DNA of 63,382 bases, counting the filler, from Octopus bimaculoides (lineage: Eukaryota): the NCBI RefSeq assembly GCF_001194135.2. It is 9 parts of 8 records of this genome, joined end to end, with 100 filler letters (N's around TTAATTAATTAA, not from the genome) between each part and the next. Parts side by side here need not be neighbours in the genome. Positions count along the whole stretch, not along the records: positions 62,052 to 63,382 come from NC_069001.1; 8 more parts are not named here. One strand, written 5' to 3'. Positions 62,916-63,382 of the stretch are shown here, piece by piece; position 1 is the first letter of the stretch; every line of letters begins with the position of its first letter. A program made the position numbers and the translations under genes. Below the pieces are notes generated by a model. The model made no database searches, was not told the DNA's origin, and saw only the letters and a program-made list of their open reading frames with translations.

Positions 62916-63382
62916 CATATCATATATATGAGATAATATAATATAGGATGTAAAGCGTGACTGGAGAAATGAGTTAGCCAGCCAACCAGCCAGCCAACCA
63001 AAATTTCTAGGGATTTGTTGAGTCCGATACCACAAAGTCTATCACATTCCAGATAATAACCTGTCTTAAATCCCATGGGGGCAAGAGAGTAGAACAAAAG
63101 TGAAAGAGAGAGAAAGGCAGAGAGAGAGAAAGGCAGAGAGAGAGAAAGGCAGAGAGAGAGAGAGTATGTCTTCATTTTATGCATGCTTAAAAGTAGAAGT
63201 AAAGGGTAACTAGAAAAAAAAAATGATTGGTTTATTTTCTGAAGAGAAATATAAGAGAAGTCATCATCATCACCCACACCACCACCATCATCATCATCAT
63301 CATCATCCCCACAACCACTACCACCGCCGCCGCCGCCTCCACCGATACCACCACTACCACCTCCACCGACACCACCACCACC

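Overview
This is AT-rich, microsatellite-dense eukaryotic DNA with about 30 N-gaps. The SINE, LINE and MITE content reads like an octopus (cephalopod) genome; that is an inference, not a database result. Eight identical 100-bp joins (44 N + TTAATTAATTAA + 44 N) are artificial, so the window is about nine stitched scaffolds. I cannot identify a host protein-coding gene with confidence, and almost all ORFs in the track are microsatellite or gap artefacts. What the sequence does support is a dense set of mobile elements. These are several tRNA-derived SINE families built from shared modules (CORE-, Meta-, V- and Deu/Nin-like), RTE LINE fragments (one ending in three C2H2 zinc fingers), L1/Tx1 fragments, two RLE-type LINE ends at TAA repeats, Penelope-like pieces including a minimal hammerhead-like motif, mariner/Tc1 derivatives, a Helitron-like end, and the 5' LTR, PBS and gag start of a young Gypsy element. 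Two blocks (about 16.5-23.5 kb and 43.9-51.7 kb) show CpG-to-TpG decay in their repeats, suggesting methylated gene bodies of an unidentified gene or genes. Family and domain names come from remembered consensus motifs and need confirmation by Dfam, Repbase or HMM searches.
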